64,000 nt of DNA from an uncultured Planctomycetota bacterium (GTDB lineage: Bacteria > Planctomycetota > Planctomycetia > Pirellulales > Lacipirellulaceae), in NCBI GenBank assembly GCA_963719315.1, contig CAVRBU010000002.1, positions 1,696,001-1,760,000 on the forward strand, given 5' to 3'. Shown here piece after piece: positions 12,808 to 23,628 of the stretch (positions are counted from its first letter, which is position 1; the number at the start of each line of letters is the position of its first letter). Under the pieces are notes generated by a model that saw only the letters and a program-made list of their open reading frames with translations, did not search any database and was not told where the DNA came from. Made by a program: the position numbers and the translations under genes.

Positions 12808-13167
12808 CTAGCTGGCTTGGGGGCGGCCGGCGCGGTTGCCGACTACGCGCTTTTGGACGTCGGTCTCCAAGACGCCGAAGGCTTGCTCGTGCCGCTGGAC
12901 CGACATGTGAAGCGCCTGCAGCATCCGCTTGGCAGTGAAGTAGTTGGTAACGATCCGCTGTTTGACTTCGACCGGTTCGGTCGGCACGCCGAACGGCTGG
13001 GCGTTGAGGCCAAAATCGAGGATTAGTTCCTCGGGCGTGCCAGTCACGCGGCAGAAGTTTGCGTACAAGCAGACGGCGTTCTTGTCGTTCACTTCGACGT
13101 GCGTCCGCACTTGTTCCTGAGGCGGCTGCTGGGCGGCCTGTTCGCCATCGGATGGTTCCTTTACCAC
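12808..13167 (-). CDS. DUF3467 family protein
   Basis: YANFCRVTGTPEELILDFG, HEQAFG. Confidence 0.8.
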   Translation of the reverse strand: MVKEPSDGEQAAQQPPQEQVRTHVEVNDKNAVCLYANFCRVTGTPEELILDFGLNAQPFGVPTEPVEVKQRIVTNYFTAKRMLQALHMSVQRHEQAFGVLETDVQKRVVGNRAGRPQAS

Positions 13168-13355
13168 GATGAATCCCTTTACATTGAAGAAGTAGTGGGG
13201 TGGAGTATTTTCGGTGGGTGAGCTTTGGAAGTTTTCAATGTACTTTCAATTCGCGAGGCGAACTACCCTCGGTCAAAAAGGTTGTTCGGGTTAGCGACGG
13301 CGGGGGCACAGATTATGTCGAATAGCGCAACTATGACGCACGGCTGGACGCGAAT

Positions 13356-14020
13356 TCATTGTTTCCTCCGAATGCTCAGGATCACGCTTTCGGCGCCGGT
13401 CAGGGGCGTCTGGTAGCTGGCGGACTTTCGCAGTTCCAGCCCTCGCATCAGGCCAGCCACTCGGGCTGCGCCCCGTTCCTCGATCCAGGCGGGGCCTTTG
13501 ATCATCAGCAATTGGTCGAAGGCGTCCCAATGCGGTCCTAGCCAGGCGAGCACTTTTGGCAGGGCGCAAGCCCACGGGCCACGAGGGTATCGAACGTGGT
13601 GATTTCGAGCACTTCTTCGGCGCGATTGGGGAAAACTTTGATTGGCAGGCCGAGTTCGCCGACAATTGCGTCGACGGCCCGCGCTTTTTTTTGCGTCGAT
13701 TCGCACAGGTTCACGGAGAGATCGGGCCTCAGAATTGCGAGAATGATGCCTGGAACGCCGCCGCCGGTGCCGACGTCGAGAACCCGCTCGCCCTGTTCCA
13801 GCAGCTTGCCGAGTTCGTGAGTATCGACGACATCGCGGCCGACGAATTTTTCCAGCGTCGTATGCCGCGTGAGATTCATCCGTTCGTTCCACAGCCAGAG
13901 GAGCCGCCGGTAGCGATCGAGCAGCTCGATTTGCTCGGCGGACGCCGGGATTTGCTGTGCGGCGAGGGCCGCCGTGAGTTCGGCGATTAAAGGCGGGAAC
14001 TCAGGTTCGACGGTGCTCAC
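13356..14020 (-). CDS. rsmG: 16S rRNA m7G527 methyltransferase, apparent indel near 13563
   Basis: WNERMNLTR, LDVGTGGGVPG, ESTQKK; C-terminus LLMIKGPAW..Y in the other frame. Confidence 0.9.
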
Positions 14021-14180
14021 AGAGGTTGACCCTTCTCGTTGGGCGACGATAATCCGGGACATTGTAGCAGGCAACGGGCAGCCGGCAGCCGGTTTTTTGC
14101 CGGGCGTCAAGGCGGGGGTGACTCGGCAGAATGACTCAGGTCTCGAAGAAGACTCGAACGGCGATTACGGCATACGGAGT

Positions 14181-15736
14181 ATGCTTACTACTATGGATCA
14201 ATTCGTAACGCTTGCTCGTGATACCAACCAAGCGCGTGGGATTGCCCAGTACGCGCTGGATATGCTGCAGGGCCGGCATCCGAGCCCGCGCAATGCGGTG
14301 TTGGACCGCGTGGAGCAATTTCACTTGGATAGCGTGGCTTGCGGCGTGAGCGCGCTCGCGGCGGGGGCGAATGCGCCGACGGTGTTGCGGCAGGAGGCGC
14401 TGGAGTATCGAGTCGCTAAGCCGCAGAGCGGCGTGCCGATGTTTGGGAGTACGGAAAAGGTGGCGCCGGAGAAGGCGGTGCTGGCTTGCTCGTCGGCCGT
14501 GCGGGAGTGGGACTCCAACGGCACGAACTTCGGCTACAACCCGGCTTGCAACGCGACCGCCGGCGAATTTGGGCATAACGACTTCTATCCGGTCGCCGTG
14601 GCGGCGGCCCAGAACGCCGGATTGAATGGCCTGCAGACGCTGGTAGCAATGGCCACGCTCGATGAGATTCGCGGGCGGTTGGCCGAGGTGTTTGCGCTCA
14701 ATAATCATAAGATCGATCATGTCGTTCACGGGGCGATCGCGTCGGCGGCTGTGTACGGCGCCGTGCTGGCGCGAGCGTCGATCAGATCGAATCGGCGATC
14801 GGTCTGGTGGTAGCTCATTACATTCCGTTTCGCGCGATTCGGCACGGGCACCAGCTTTCGGATTCCAAGGGAGCGTCGGCCGCGATTAGCGCCGAGGTGG
14901 CCGTGCTGAGCATGCGGCGGGCGATGCGGGGGTTCGTGGGCCCAGCCGACATCATTCGCAATCCGCAAGCGATCTTTTGTCTGTTCGAGCGGCCAGAGCA
15001 GGCTGAGTGCAGCCCGTTCGACCTGGCCCTCGCAACGGAAGGCGACGACTTCGCCGTGATGGGCATGCATTTCAAGCTGGGTCTGTACGAGCATCAGTCG
15101 GCCGGGGCGATTCAAGGCCTGATCGACTTGATCGCGACGGAGCCGACGCTGCTCGACGATCCAGATCAATTGCTCGATATCCGGATTCTGATTTACGAGC
15201 CGGCGTTCAGCATCATCGGCGACCCGGCCAAGCGCGACCCGCAAACGCGTCAGAGCGCCGACCACTCAATGCTGTACATCGTGGCGACTCTGCTGCGGAA
15301 GGCTTACGAAGCGCGGCAGGCTGGCTGGGACGGTCAAGACGGCTGGCGAAGGCTGATGCTCGCGCCGGCCGATTACGCCGAGGATGAATCCGCTCTCTTC
15401 CACCCACTCGCGCGGCGGCTGATGCAGCACATCGACTTTCGCCACGGCGGGCCGGACTTCGATCGCCGCTACCCGGACGGCATTCCGACGACGGTCGAAA
15501 TCTCGCACGCCAAGCTGGGGCCGCTGACGAGCGGGCTGGTGATGTATCCGCAGGGGCATGCCCGCGCGGATGTGACGAATCTGGCAGCGCTCCTTGCTCA
15601 CAAATGCCGGGTATTGGCGGGACCGGCGGTAGATGACGTCGATGCGCTCGTGGCGCGGTTTACAAAACTGGTTGGCAAGTCACCGGTAGAAATCGAAGAT
15701 CTTTACAACTTCGCCATACACGGACTCACTGGGTGA
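14181..15736 (+). CDS. prpD: MmgE/PrpD family protein (2-methylcitrate dehydratase-like), apparent indel near 14768
   Basis: VREWDSNGT, GEFGHNDF, KIDHVVHG, QLSDSKG, FKLGLYEHQSAG, QSADHS. Confidence 0.85.
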
Positions 15737-15918
15737 GCGGCGAACCCGATTTCTGTACGCCTACAGTCGCTAGAGAGCTTGTCTTGGCACTTCTCGAATG
15801 CTACGTCCCAAAGCGTTTCGTCAGCAATTTCCGCCAAGATCATGGCGGCCATGGCGTCCTGATCTGGCGCAGGCAGCCTTTGAAGTTCAGCGATCGCTTG
15901 CTCGAGCAACTGCGTCAC
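15703..15918 (-). pseudogene. truncated antitoxin-like small protein
   Basis: MTQLLEQAIAELQRLPAPDQDAMAAMILAEIADETLWD resembles small TA antitoxins; the tail degenerates into the prpD 3' end and no toxin follows. Confidence 0.5.
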
Positions 15919-15927
15919 GTGCGAGCC

Positions 15928-17445
15928 TTACTTCTCCCCCTTCGACCAATCCCGCCGGCCGCGGGAGCTGGGGATACTCATCGCTTTACGGTACTTGGTG
16001 ACGGTGCGGCGGGCGACCGTGATGCCGGCTTTGCCGAGTTCTTCGACGATGGCATCATCCGAGAGAGGCTTGGTTTTGTCTTCGTTGTCGATGATTTCCT
16101 GCAGCTTGATTCGCACGCGGTCCCAGGCGACTTCTTCGCCGTCGGCCGCGGTGGTGCCGCCCACGAAGAAGCGCTTGAGCGGGAAGATGCCGCGGGGCGT
16201 TTGAATCCATTTGTCGTCCACGGCCCGGCTCACGGTGGTGACGTGGACGTGGACTTTATCGGCAATCTGCTGCATTTTCAGCGGCTCGATGTGGTCCGGG
16301 CCGTCTTCCAAAAACTTCGTTTGGTGATCGACGATCGCTTGCGAAACGCGGGTGAGCGTGCTGCGGCGCTGCTCGATCGATTCGATCAGCCATTGGGCGG
16401 AGTTAACTTTGCGCTTGATGTATTCGCGAGTTTCGGGGGGCGTGCTCGGATCGCGGAGCAGTTTGCGATAAACGGGGCTGATGAATAGCGAAGGCAACTG
16501 GCCGTCCTCGAGCCGCACCTGATATTGTCCTTCGTCGTTGCGTTCGACGAACACGTCCGGCGTCACGCTGGGAGCAGTGGTGGCCGTAAAGTCGGCGGCC
16601 GGCTTGGGCTTGAGCTTGCGGAGCTCGTGCCAGACTTCCTGAATCTTGTCGATCGACATGCCGGTCTTTTTGGAAATCTGCGGCAGGCGATTGTTTTCCA
16701 AATCTTCAAGATGATGTTCGATCAGCTTCCGTAGCTCGTCGTAAAACGGCATGCCCGGGATGAGTTGCAGCATCAAACATTCTTTGAGCGTTCGCGCGCC
16801 GACGCCCGGCGGGTCGAGCCGTTGAACGACACGGAGCGCTTCCTCGGCGATCGCGATTTGCTTCGCGCGGTGCGCTTGCAGATCGCCGTTGAGCTCGGAG
16901 GTGAGCGGCGGCAGCAGTTCTTCGAGGGGCGTTTTCAAGTAGCCGTTCGAGTCGAGACTGTAAATGATTCGGTCGGCCATTCGGCGGACCCCTTCGTCGA
17001 TATCGAACCAACTCAACTGATGGTGCAGATAATCGACGAGCGTCTCGGGGCGGGCCAGCATGTTAGCCATCGCGTCGTGACGCCGGTCGCCCTCGGCCTC
17101 AATCCGGTTCATGGACGGCCGGCTACGCTCCTCGTAGTCATCCGGCAGATTCTCGGCCATGTTCAGCAGCCGCTCGAAATCATCCTCGTTGTTGCGGTCG
17201 TCCTTGACGATCAACTCACGCTCGGTATCGGCGACACTGCTGGCGTTCTCGTTTTCGATGGGTTCGTCGGGCTCGTTCTCGTCGACCTCGACCTGTTCGA
17301 GCATTTCGTTGCTTTCCATCTCCTGCTCGATGCGCTCCTGCAGCGCCATCAGCGGCAACTGCAGAATTTCCATCGACTGGATCATCCGCGGTGCAAGCAC
17401 CTGCTTCTGAGCCATCTGCATTTGTTGGCCAAGAGATAGTCGCAT
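15928..17445 (-). CDS. rpoN: RNA polymerase sigma-54 factor
   Basis: Q-rich region I, DPPGVGAR, HVTTVSRAV, RpoN box ARRTVTKYR. Confidence 0.97.
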   Translation of the reverse strand: MRLSLGQQMQMAQKQVLAPRMIQSMEILQLPLMALQERIEQEMESNEMLEQVEVDENEPDEPIENENASSVADTERELIVKDDRNNEDDFERLLNMAENLPDDYEERSRPSMNRIEAEGDRRHDAMANMLARPETLVDYLHHQLSWFDIDEGVRRMADRIIYSLDSNGYLKTPLEELLPPLTSELNGDLQAHRAKQIAIAEEALRVVQRLDPPGVGARTLKECLMLQLIPGMPFYDELRKLIEHHLEDLENNRLPQISKKTGMSIDKIQEVWHELRKLKPKPAADFTATTAPSVTPDVFVERNDEGQYQVRLEDGQLPSLFISPVYRKLLRDPSTPPETREYIKRKVNSAQWLIESIEQRRSTLTRVSQAIVDHQTKFLEDGPDHIEPLKMQQIADKVHVHVTTVSRAVDDKWIQTPRGIFPLKRFFVGGTTAADGEEVAWDRVRIKLQEIIDNEDKTKPLSDDAIVEELGKAGITVARRTVTKYRKAMSIPSSRGRRDWSKGEK

Positions 17446-17772
17446 CAACACCGCTCAAAACTGCGCCCGTGCGCTAAATTGACGTAGTGACAGCCGAACT
17501 GGCGAGACGGGCAACAGCAGTCAAAAACCCGGGCCCGCCAAGCGCCTTGTAGCATACCGCTCGCCGGAGAACGAGGTCAAACCGGCAGTCTCAATTCTAG
17601 TCTAGCTTCCGATTAGGAACGGGAAAAATCCGGGCGGATTGAGCGCGATTGTTAAAGAAAGAACCGGGCGTCGAAAGCCAGGTTGCCCGATTTCAAATTG
17701 GAAAAGCAAACGGCGGTTGCAAGCATTCGACGGCCAGCGGCCATGAAATTCGACGATCAAGATTCGGGGGAG

Positions 17773-18153
17773 CTACGACTTTCCGCCGCCAAGATCCCCG
17801 CCGCTCAATTGCTGCAGGGCGTCGGAAAGACCTGCGATCGGCAAATCGCCGGCGAGCGATTGCATGGCATCGGCATGCAACTGTTTGGCTTTTGATTGCG
17901 CGGCATTAATCGCGGCCGGCAGCAGATCCTCGATCATCTCGCGTTCGCCCTTTTCGACGAGCGCGGCGTCGATCCGCACGGCGAGCGCTTCGCCCAGGCC
18001 ATTCACATCGACCTCGATCAAGCCGCCGCCGGCGGAGCCGGTGGCCCGCTTGGTCTTGAGCTGCTCTTGAAGCACCTGCATGCGGCCACTCATTTCCTGG
18101 GCCTGCTTCATCAGCGTGCCGAAGTTCGCCAAGTTTCCAAGTGCTTTGAACAC
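17773..18153 (-). CDS. ybaB: YbaB/EbfC nucleoid-associated protein
   Basis: MKQAQEM, GSAGGGLIEV, EMIEDLLPAAIN; directly downstream of dnaX. Confidence 0.92.
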   Translation of the reverse strand: MFKALGNLANFGTLMKQAQEMSGRMQVLQEQLKTKRATGSAGGGLIEVDVNGLGEALAVRIDAALVEKGEREMIEDLLPAAINAAQSKAKQLHADAMQSLAGDLPIAGLSDALQQLSGGDLGGGKS

Positions 18154-18182
18154 GGTTTACGTTACCTCCGATACTTCAGACG

Positions 18183-19881
18183 TTAATTTGATTCGCCTTC
18201 CGGCGGGGCGTAACGCAATTGGCCGGGTTGAACGTCGAAGAGTTCGATCGCGCGGCGGACGAATGGCTGGTCGGCGATTTGGGCCAATTGTTCGCGCCGT
18301 GATTTGCGGGGTGGCGGCGTTTCAGTTCGGGTTGTGCCGCCTTCAGCTACTGCTCGCTGAAATTGGGCAAGTACCGATTCGACGGACGCCGACTCGACAG
18401 CAGGCGGACTGGCGGACTCGGCCGGTAGTTCGTTGACGGCTGCGGCGGAATCGGGCTGCTGCGATCGGTTATCGGTGACGCTACCACCGGCGAGCGGCGG
18501 CGCGGCGGCGATCCGGGGAGGCGCCGTCGCGATTGCCGACGCAACCGCATTCGCTAAGCCATTGGCAAGGGACGCCGTTGCGGGCCGGTCAGCGTTTTTT
18601 TTTGCGGGGTCTGCCGCCCGCAGGGGGCCGGTCGGCGGCGCGCTGGGGGCTCGCTGGCGCTCGACCCCAGCCACCCGTGGGTCTGATTGTTCGTTGGATG
18701 CGCCGCGAAGTTCGGCGACCAGGCTGGCTAAGTCATCGAGTTCGCCGAGTTGGCAGATGCGGACGATCGCCATTTCGACGAGCGTGCGGCCGTGCATGCT
18801 GACGCGCATCCGGGCCGACGTTTGATCGAGAATTTGTCCGATGGCCAGGACGGCGGCGAGGCCCAGTTGTCGGCCGATTTCGGCGACTTCTTCGCCTTGC
18901 GACGGCAGCGCGTACAGCAACTGGTCCGCCTTGCAGCCGACAGCGATGCGCCATTACATCGCGGAAATAGCCAACGAGTTGATCGAGCAGCAAACCGACT
19001 TCGACGCCGCTTTGAATCGATGCATCCAACTCGGCGAGCGCGGCGGGCGCATCGTGGGCCGTTAAATGGCGCACCAATCCACTGAGTCGTTCGGCAGGTG
19101 CGATGCCGAGGAGTTCATTGACGTTGGCGGCCGTGATTTGTCGGTGTCCGACGGCCAGGAGTTGTTCGAGCAGCGATTGGCTGTCGCGCATCGAACCGGC
19201 GGCCCGGCTGGCGAGGATTTGCAGTGCTTCGGCGTCGATCGTCACGCCTTCGGCCGCCGCGATCTGGGCCAACCGCTGCTGAATCGAGGCCGCGCTGATA
19301 CCGGCGAAATCGAACCGTTGGCAGCGGGACAGGATGGTGATCGGAATCTTCTGGGGCTCGGTCGTGGCGAAAATGAACTTCACATGTTCGGGCGGTTCTT
19401 CGAGCGTTTTCAGGAGGGCGTTGAAGGCGCTTGGCGAAAGCATGTGTACTTCGTCAATTATGTATATCTTGAAGCGGGTTCTCGTAGGGCGAACTGCTGC
19501 GTTTTGCCGCAACTGTCTTACTTGATCTACGCCGTTATTGCTCGCGCCGTCGATTTCCAGAATATCAACGTCGTCCCCAGTTGAAACAGCATTGCATACA
19601 TCGCATTCGTTGCACGGCTGCGGAGCCGGGCCACGAACGCAATTAAGAGCTTTGGCAAGAATTCTCGCCGCAGAGGTTTTTCCCGTCCCACGTGCGCCCG
19701 TGAATAGGTAGGCGTGTCCCACTCGGTTGCTGATAATGGCCTGTTGAAGTGCCCGAGTGACATGCTCCTGGCCTATCAACTTTTCAAACGACTGCGGTCG
19801 ATAGCGGCGAGCGATTACCGTGTAGCGACCGGATGGCGGCGCGTCTTTGAAATTCTCAGTCGGTGAAAGAGTGTCGCTCAT
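18183..19881 (-). CDS. dnaX: DNA polymerase III tau/gamma, apparent indel near 18950, A9 run at 18595-18603
   Basis: ARRYRPQSF, GARGTGKTS, zinc-site cysteines, IIDEVHML, SRCQRF, GSMRD. Confidence 0.96.
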
Positions 19882-19914
19882 CGTGTAAAGTGTGTTGCTT
19901 TTTTTACTGAATCA

Positions 19915-19953
19915 GATTGCAAATTGCAATTCTCATTTTGCATTTTGCATTTT
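19915..19953. repeat. heptamer repeat (ATTGCAA/TTTTGCA)
   Basis: ATTGCAAATTGCAATTCTCATTTTGCATTTTGCATTTT. Confidence 0.65.
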
Positions 19954-19966
19954 CCGCCCGTTCGTC

Positions 19967-20076
19967 GGCCGCCGGTGAGAGGCCCCTACACAAAGAGACG
20001 CGGGCTTATGGCTGCTGTGTTTCCACCCTGACCAGGTTCGCGAGGCCCCCTTTGCAGAGGCCCCTCACCGGCGGCC
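19967..20076 (-). ncRNA. ffs: signal recognition particle RNA (4.5S)
   Basis: long hairpin closed by GGCCGCCGGTGAG/CTCACCGGCGGCC; domain IV TCAGGGTGGAAACACAGCAGC; classic position upstream of dnaX. Confidence 0.92.
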
Positions 20077-20172
20077 GCGTGCGGTGTATCGCTCTTCAGT
20101 TGTACGCGGGGTTGCGGTAGGCGTCAAAGGTCTGAAAAATTCCGTGGTGTCCTAATTTGCGGTACAACAACG

Positions 20173-20227
20173 TTGTGGCACGGACTTCAGTCCGTGATTC
20201 TCGTACGGACTGAAGTCCGTGCTACAA
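20173..20227. repeat. REP doublet
   Basis: GTGGCACGGACTTCAGTCCGTG ... ACGGACTGAAGTCCGTGCTAC. Confidence 0.8.
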
Positions 20228-20279
20228 AGTTTCAGTCCGAACAATGCCAATTTAGGATACCGCCAAAAAAACGATTGGT

Positions 20280-20931
20280 TTACCGCACCATCAATTTGGC
20301 GGCGGCTTCGTGAGAAAGCGTTTTCTCGTCGCTGCCGAGTCGAATGGTGATGCATTCGTGCGCTTCGTCGTTCTCGACCAATGAGCCTTGCGCCGATCTC
20401 CAAACCGGCTTGCGAAAGGAATCGCAAGAATTCGGACGTTTGGTCAACCACACGAGCGACGAGGAAGCGGTCGCCGACGGCACATTCGGCGAGCGGCCGA
20501 TCGGCGGCCGCGGCCACCGTGCCATCGGCTTTCGGGATCGGGTCGCCGTGCGGATCGGTCGAAGGATGGCCCAGGTACGCATCGATGCGGTCCACGAGCG
20601 AATCGCTGACGGCGTGCTCCATGTGCTCCGCTTCTTCGTGGACCTCGTCCCAACTTAGGCTGAGCGTCTGAGCGAGAAATTGCTCGATCAGGCGGTGTCG
20701 CCGCAGCACGCGTAGGGCGAGCCCTCGCCCCGATTGCGTTAGCCGCACGCCCTCATAAGGTGTGTAGGTGGCCAGGTTGCTTTCGTCGAGCGTTTTGAGC
20801 ATGCTCGTCACGGTGCCTGGCAGCACACGGAGCGCGGTCGAGATTTGGCCCGTCGCCACGGCGCCGTCTTCAGCCGCCTGGGCGAGCTGGTAGATGGCCT
20901 TCACATAGTTTTCGACGGTCAGGCTAGGCAT
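20280..20931 (-). CDS. mntR: DtxR/MntR metal-dependent repressor with FeoA-like domain, apparent indel near 20390
   Basis: ENYVKAIY, RRHRLIEQFL, EVHEEAEHMEH, DPHGDPIP. Confidence 0.9.
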
Positions 20932-21026
20932 GGCAGTGGGGCACAGGGTGCTGGATACTTGATGCTTGATGTCGGACAATCATTATCCGGTATCGCGTAC
21001 CTTGTATCCAGTATGTAGCGACGGGC

Positions 21027-22010
21027 ATGGCTCAATTTCCTGAAACCGAAGCCGCGTGGCGGGCGCTTTATCCATTTGCGTCGCATTGGGCCGATTTGCC
21101 GAGCGGGCGGATGCATTTTCTGGACGAGGGGCCGCGCGATGCGCCACCTCTGCTGTTCGTGCACGGCAACCCCACGTGGTCGTTTCATTGGCGGCGGCTC
21201 GTGGTCGGACTGCGCGAGAAGTTCCGCTGCGTGGCGGTCGATCACATCGGCTGTGGGCTAAGCGACAAGCCGGCGCGTCTTTTATCGCTGGTTGATCACA
21301 TCCAAAATCTTGTCGCACTCATCAATCATCTTGATCTGGACCGCGTGACGCTGGTGGCGCAGGATTGGGGCGGCGCGATTGGTCTCGGCGCGATGCTAAG
21401 GATGCCGGAGCGGCTGGAGCGGATCGTGCTGTTTAATACGGGCGCGTTTCCGCCGCGGTACATACCGTGGCGAATTGCGGTTTGCCGCGTGCCGGTGGTC
21501 GGGCGGCTGGCGGTGCAAGGCGCGAACTTGTTTAGCCTCGCGGCGTTGCGGATGACGCTCTCGCGCCGCGATCGACTCGACCCGGCCGTTGCGGCCGGGT
21601 ATTTGGCGCCGTATGACTCGTGGGCGAACAGATGGGGCGTGTATGGGTTCGTGAAAGATATTCCAAGCCCGAGTAGCCGAGTTTCTCTGAACATCGGTTT
21701 CGAGTTTCTGAGAAACACGGCTACGGAGAGGTCCACAAGAGATCTCCTCGCCGATATTGAGCGCGGGCTGCCGAGTTTGGCGGATCTCCCGGCGACACTT
21801 ATCTGGGGAATGAAGGACTGGTGTTTTCGGCCGGATTGTTTGGAGCGGTTTGTCACGGCTTGGCCGCGGGCGGAGGTGCATCGGCTTCGGGACGTTGGGC
21901 ATTGGGTGGTGGAGGATGCACCGGAGGAGGCGTTGGCGGCACTTCAGGCATTTCTCAAGGCATCCGCGGCAGATTCACCACCAAGGCACGAAGGGCGGCG
22001 AAGTGCCTAA
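21027..22010 (+). CDS. alpha/beta hydrolase (haloalkane dehalogenase/OleB-like)
   Basis: HGNPTWS, DHIGCGLSDKP, QDWGG, GHWVVED. Confidence 0.88.
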   Translation: MAQFPETEAAWRALYPFASHWADLPSGRMHFLDEGPRDAPPLLFVHGNPTWSFHWRRLVVGLREKFRCVAVDHIGCGLSDKPARLLSLVDHIQNLVALINHLDLDRVTLVAQDWGGAIGLGAMLRMPERLERIVLFNTGAFPPRYIPWRIAVCRVPVVGRLAVQGANLFSLAALRMTLSRRDRLDPAVAAGYLAPYDSWANRWGVYGFVKDIPSPSSRVSLNIGFEFLRNTATERSTRDLLADIERGLPSLADLPATLIWGMKDWCFRPDCLERFVTAWPRAEVHRLRDVGHWVVEDAPEEALAALQAFLKASAADSPPRHEGRRSA

Positions 22011-22054
22011 ACTGGCCTCGAACTGAATGAAGTTTTCGTGAAATTGAAGCTGTG

Positions 22055-22924
22055 ATGTCGAACATTCCGTCAAACTTGCGAACCTTGCCTGTCGGCATCG
22101 CGGTTACGCTGGCGGTGATCTATGAGGTGACGGCTCCGAAGCCCGGGAACGTGCATCGCGGGGCCGATTTCGAAGATGTCACTTATGTCGATTTCTTGCA
22201 GAGCGCTATTGTCGTGGGCCCCGTTTTGAGTTGTGTGACAGAGTTGGGGGTTGGAGTGGCCGTGTTGCAGGCCGTGCGGGCCACGCGGGAGGCAGTTGGC
22301 ACGAATACGAACCTGGGGACCTTGTTGCTCATCGCGCCGTTGGCGGCGGTGCCCGATGGCGTACGGCATGCCGAGGCGATTGGTCGCGTAATCGGCGGAT
22401 TGTCGTTGGACGACACTAGACACGTGTACGAGGCGATTCGGATTTCTGCTGCGGGCGGGCTGGGTCGCGCGGAGCAGGCGGACGTCTTTGCCCATCCGCC
22501 ACCAACGCTGTCGCTCGTCGAGGCGATGCGACTGGCAAGCGACCGCGACTTGGTCGCACGCCAATACTGCTGCGAGTTCGCCGATGTGTTCAAGATTGCG
22601 ACTTGGATTGAAGATTGCTTGGCACGCGGCTGGTCGCTCGATTCGTCCATCGTGCATGCGCACGTCCATCAATTGGCGATGGAAGCGGATAGTCTCATTG
22701 GTCGGAAATGCGGTCGGCAGTTGGCCGAGCTGGCGCGTGCAATGGCAAAGCGGGTTCTTGATGCTGGGTTGCCGGGCGAGGTTGAGTATGAGCATGGGCT
22801 GGCAGATTTCGATTTTTGGCTGCGTTTGGATGGGCATCGCCGCAATCCGGGCACGACGGCGGACCTCATCGCGGCGGCGCTGTTTGTACTGTTGCGTGAA
22901 GGGCGTGTAAAATTGAAGCGATGA
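22055..22924 (+). CDS. CitG-like triphosphoribosyl-dephospho-CoA synthase family protein
   Basis: EVTAPKPGNVH, TNTNLG, DSLIGRKCG, RNPGTTADL. Confidence 0.85.
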   Translation: MSNIPSNLRTLPVGIAVTLAVIYEVTAPKPGNVHRGADFEDVTYVDFLQSAIVVGPVLSCVTELGVGVAVLQAVRATREAVGTNTNLGTLLLIAPLAAVPDGVRHAEAIGRVIGGLSLDDTRHVYEAIRISAAGGLGRAEQADVFAHPPPTLSLVEAMRLASDRDLVARQYCCEFADVFKIATWIEDCLARGWSLDSSIVHAHVHQLAMEADSLIGRKCGRQLAELARAMAKRVLDAGLPGEVEYEHGLADFDFWLRLDGHRRNPGTTADLIAAALFVLLREGRVKLKR

Positions 22925-23409
22925 GCGAGTTCTTTCACGTCCGAATCTCCAAGGCCGAGCACGTTTTCAGTGCAGCGCATTTCATCACGTTCGGCGGAAC
23001 ATGTGAGCGGCTGCATGGGCATAACTATCGCGTCACCGCGGAACTCAGCGGGCCGCTGGATGAGAATCATTTGGTGATCGACTTCCTCTTGGTTCGCGCA
23101 AAATTGCTGGAGATCACGAACTGGCTCGATCATTACGTACTGCTGCCGACGCAACATCCGCAGATTCGGGTCGAGGAGAGCGGCCGCGAGGTGACTGCCA
23201 CTTTTGCCGATCGCCGGTGGGTGTTTCCGAGCGGCGATTGCCGGCTGCTGCCCGTTGCCAATACGACGTCGGAGCTGCTCGCATCGTACATCGGTGGGCG
23301 GTTGCTAGCGGCTCTGGGAGGCGTGGCGAAGCGCATCACTCACGTTCGGGTAGAGCTGGACGAGTGCGATGGGCAGATCGGCGTTTGGGAATTGCAGTTG
23401 GCGAACTAG
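22921..23409 (+). CDS. 6-pyruvoyl-tetrahydropterin synthase family protein (QueD/PTPS)
   Basis: FSAAHF, CERLHGHNY, LDH, NTTSELLA; ATGA overlap with the upstream gene. Confidence 0.88.
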   Translation: MSEFFHVRISKAEHVFSAAHFITFGGTCERLHGHNYRVTAELSGPLDENHLVIDFLLVRAKLLEITNWLDHYVLLPTQHPQIRVEESGREVTATFADRRWVFPSGDCRLLPVANTTSELLASYIGGRLLAALGGVAKRITHVRVELDECDGQIGVWELQLAN

Positions 23410-23628
23410 CTCTACCGATCTGATAGTGAACGTAGATCGTACTGGCGGCACCAGTGGCACCTAAGGCGCAAGCTAATTCGGGCCGCAAACTCTTTGCAGC
23501 CGGCAAGTTCTTCTCAAGCTACCAGGCCTGCGGCGTCGATAGGTCGAGCGGATGAACTGCGCGCGAGCGGCGCGACCAGTTGATCGACCTTTTCTCGACG
23601 CTAGCACTCGATCACACGCCAATTCGCC

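Noticed and set aside
18940..18955. This dnaX break as the programmed tau/gamma site
   Set aside because: It lies within domain III and has no slippery run; the A9 at 18595 is the better candidate
23440..23475. Sigma-54 promoter for fliG
   Set aside because: TGGCAC is present but there is no correctly spaced TTGC -12 element
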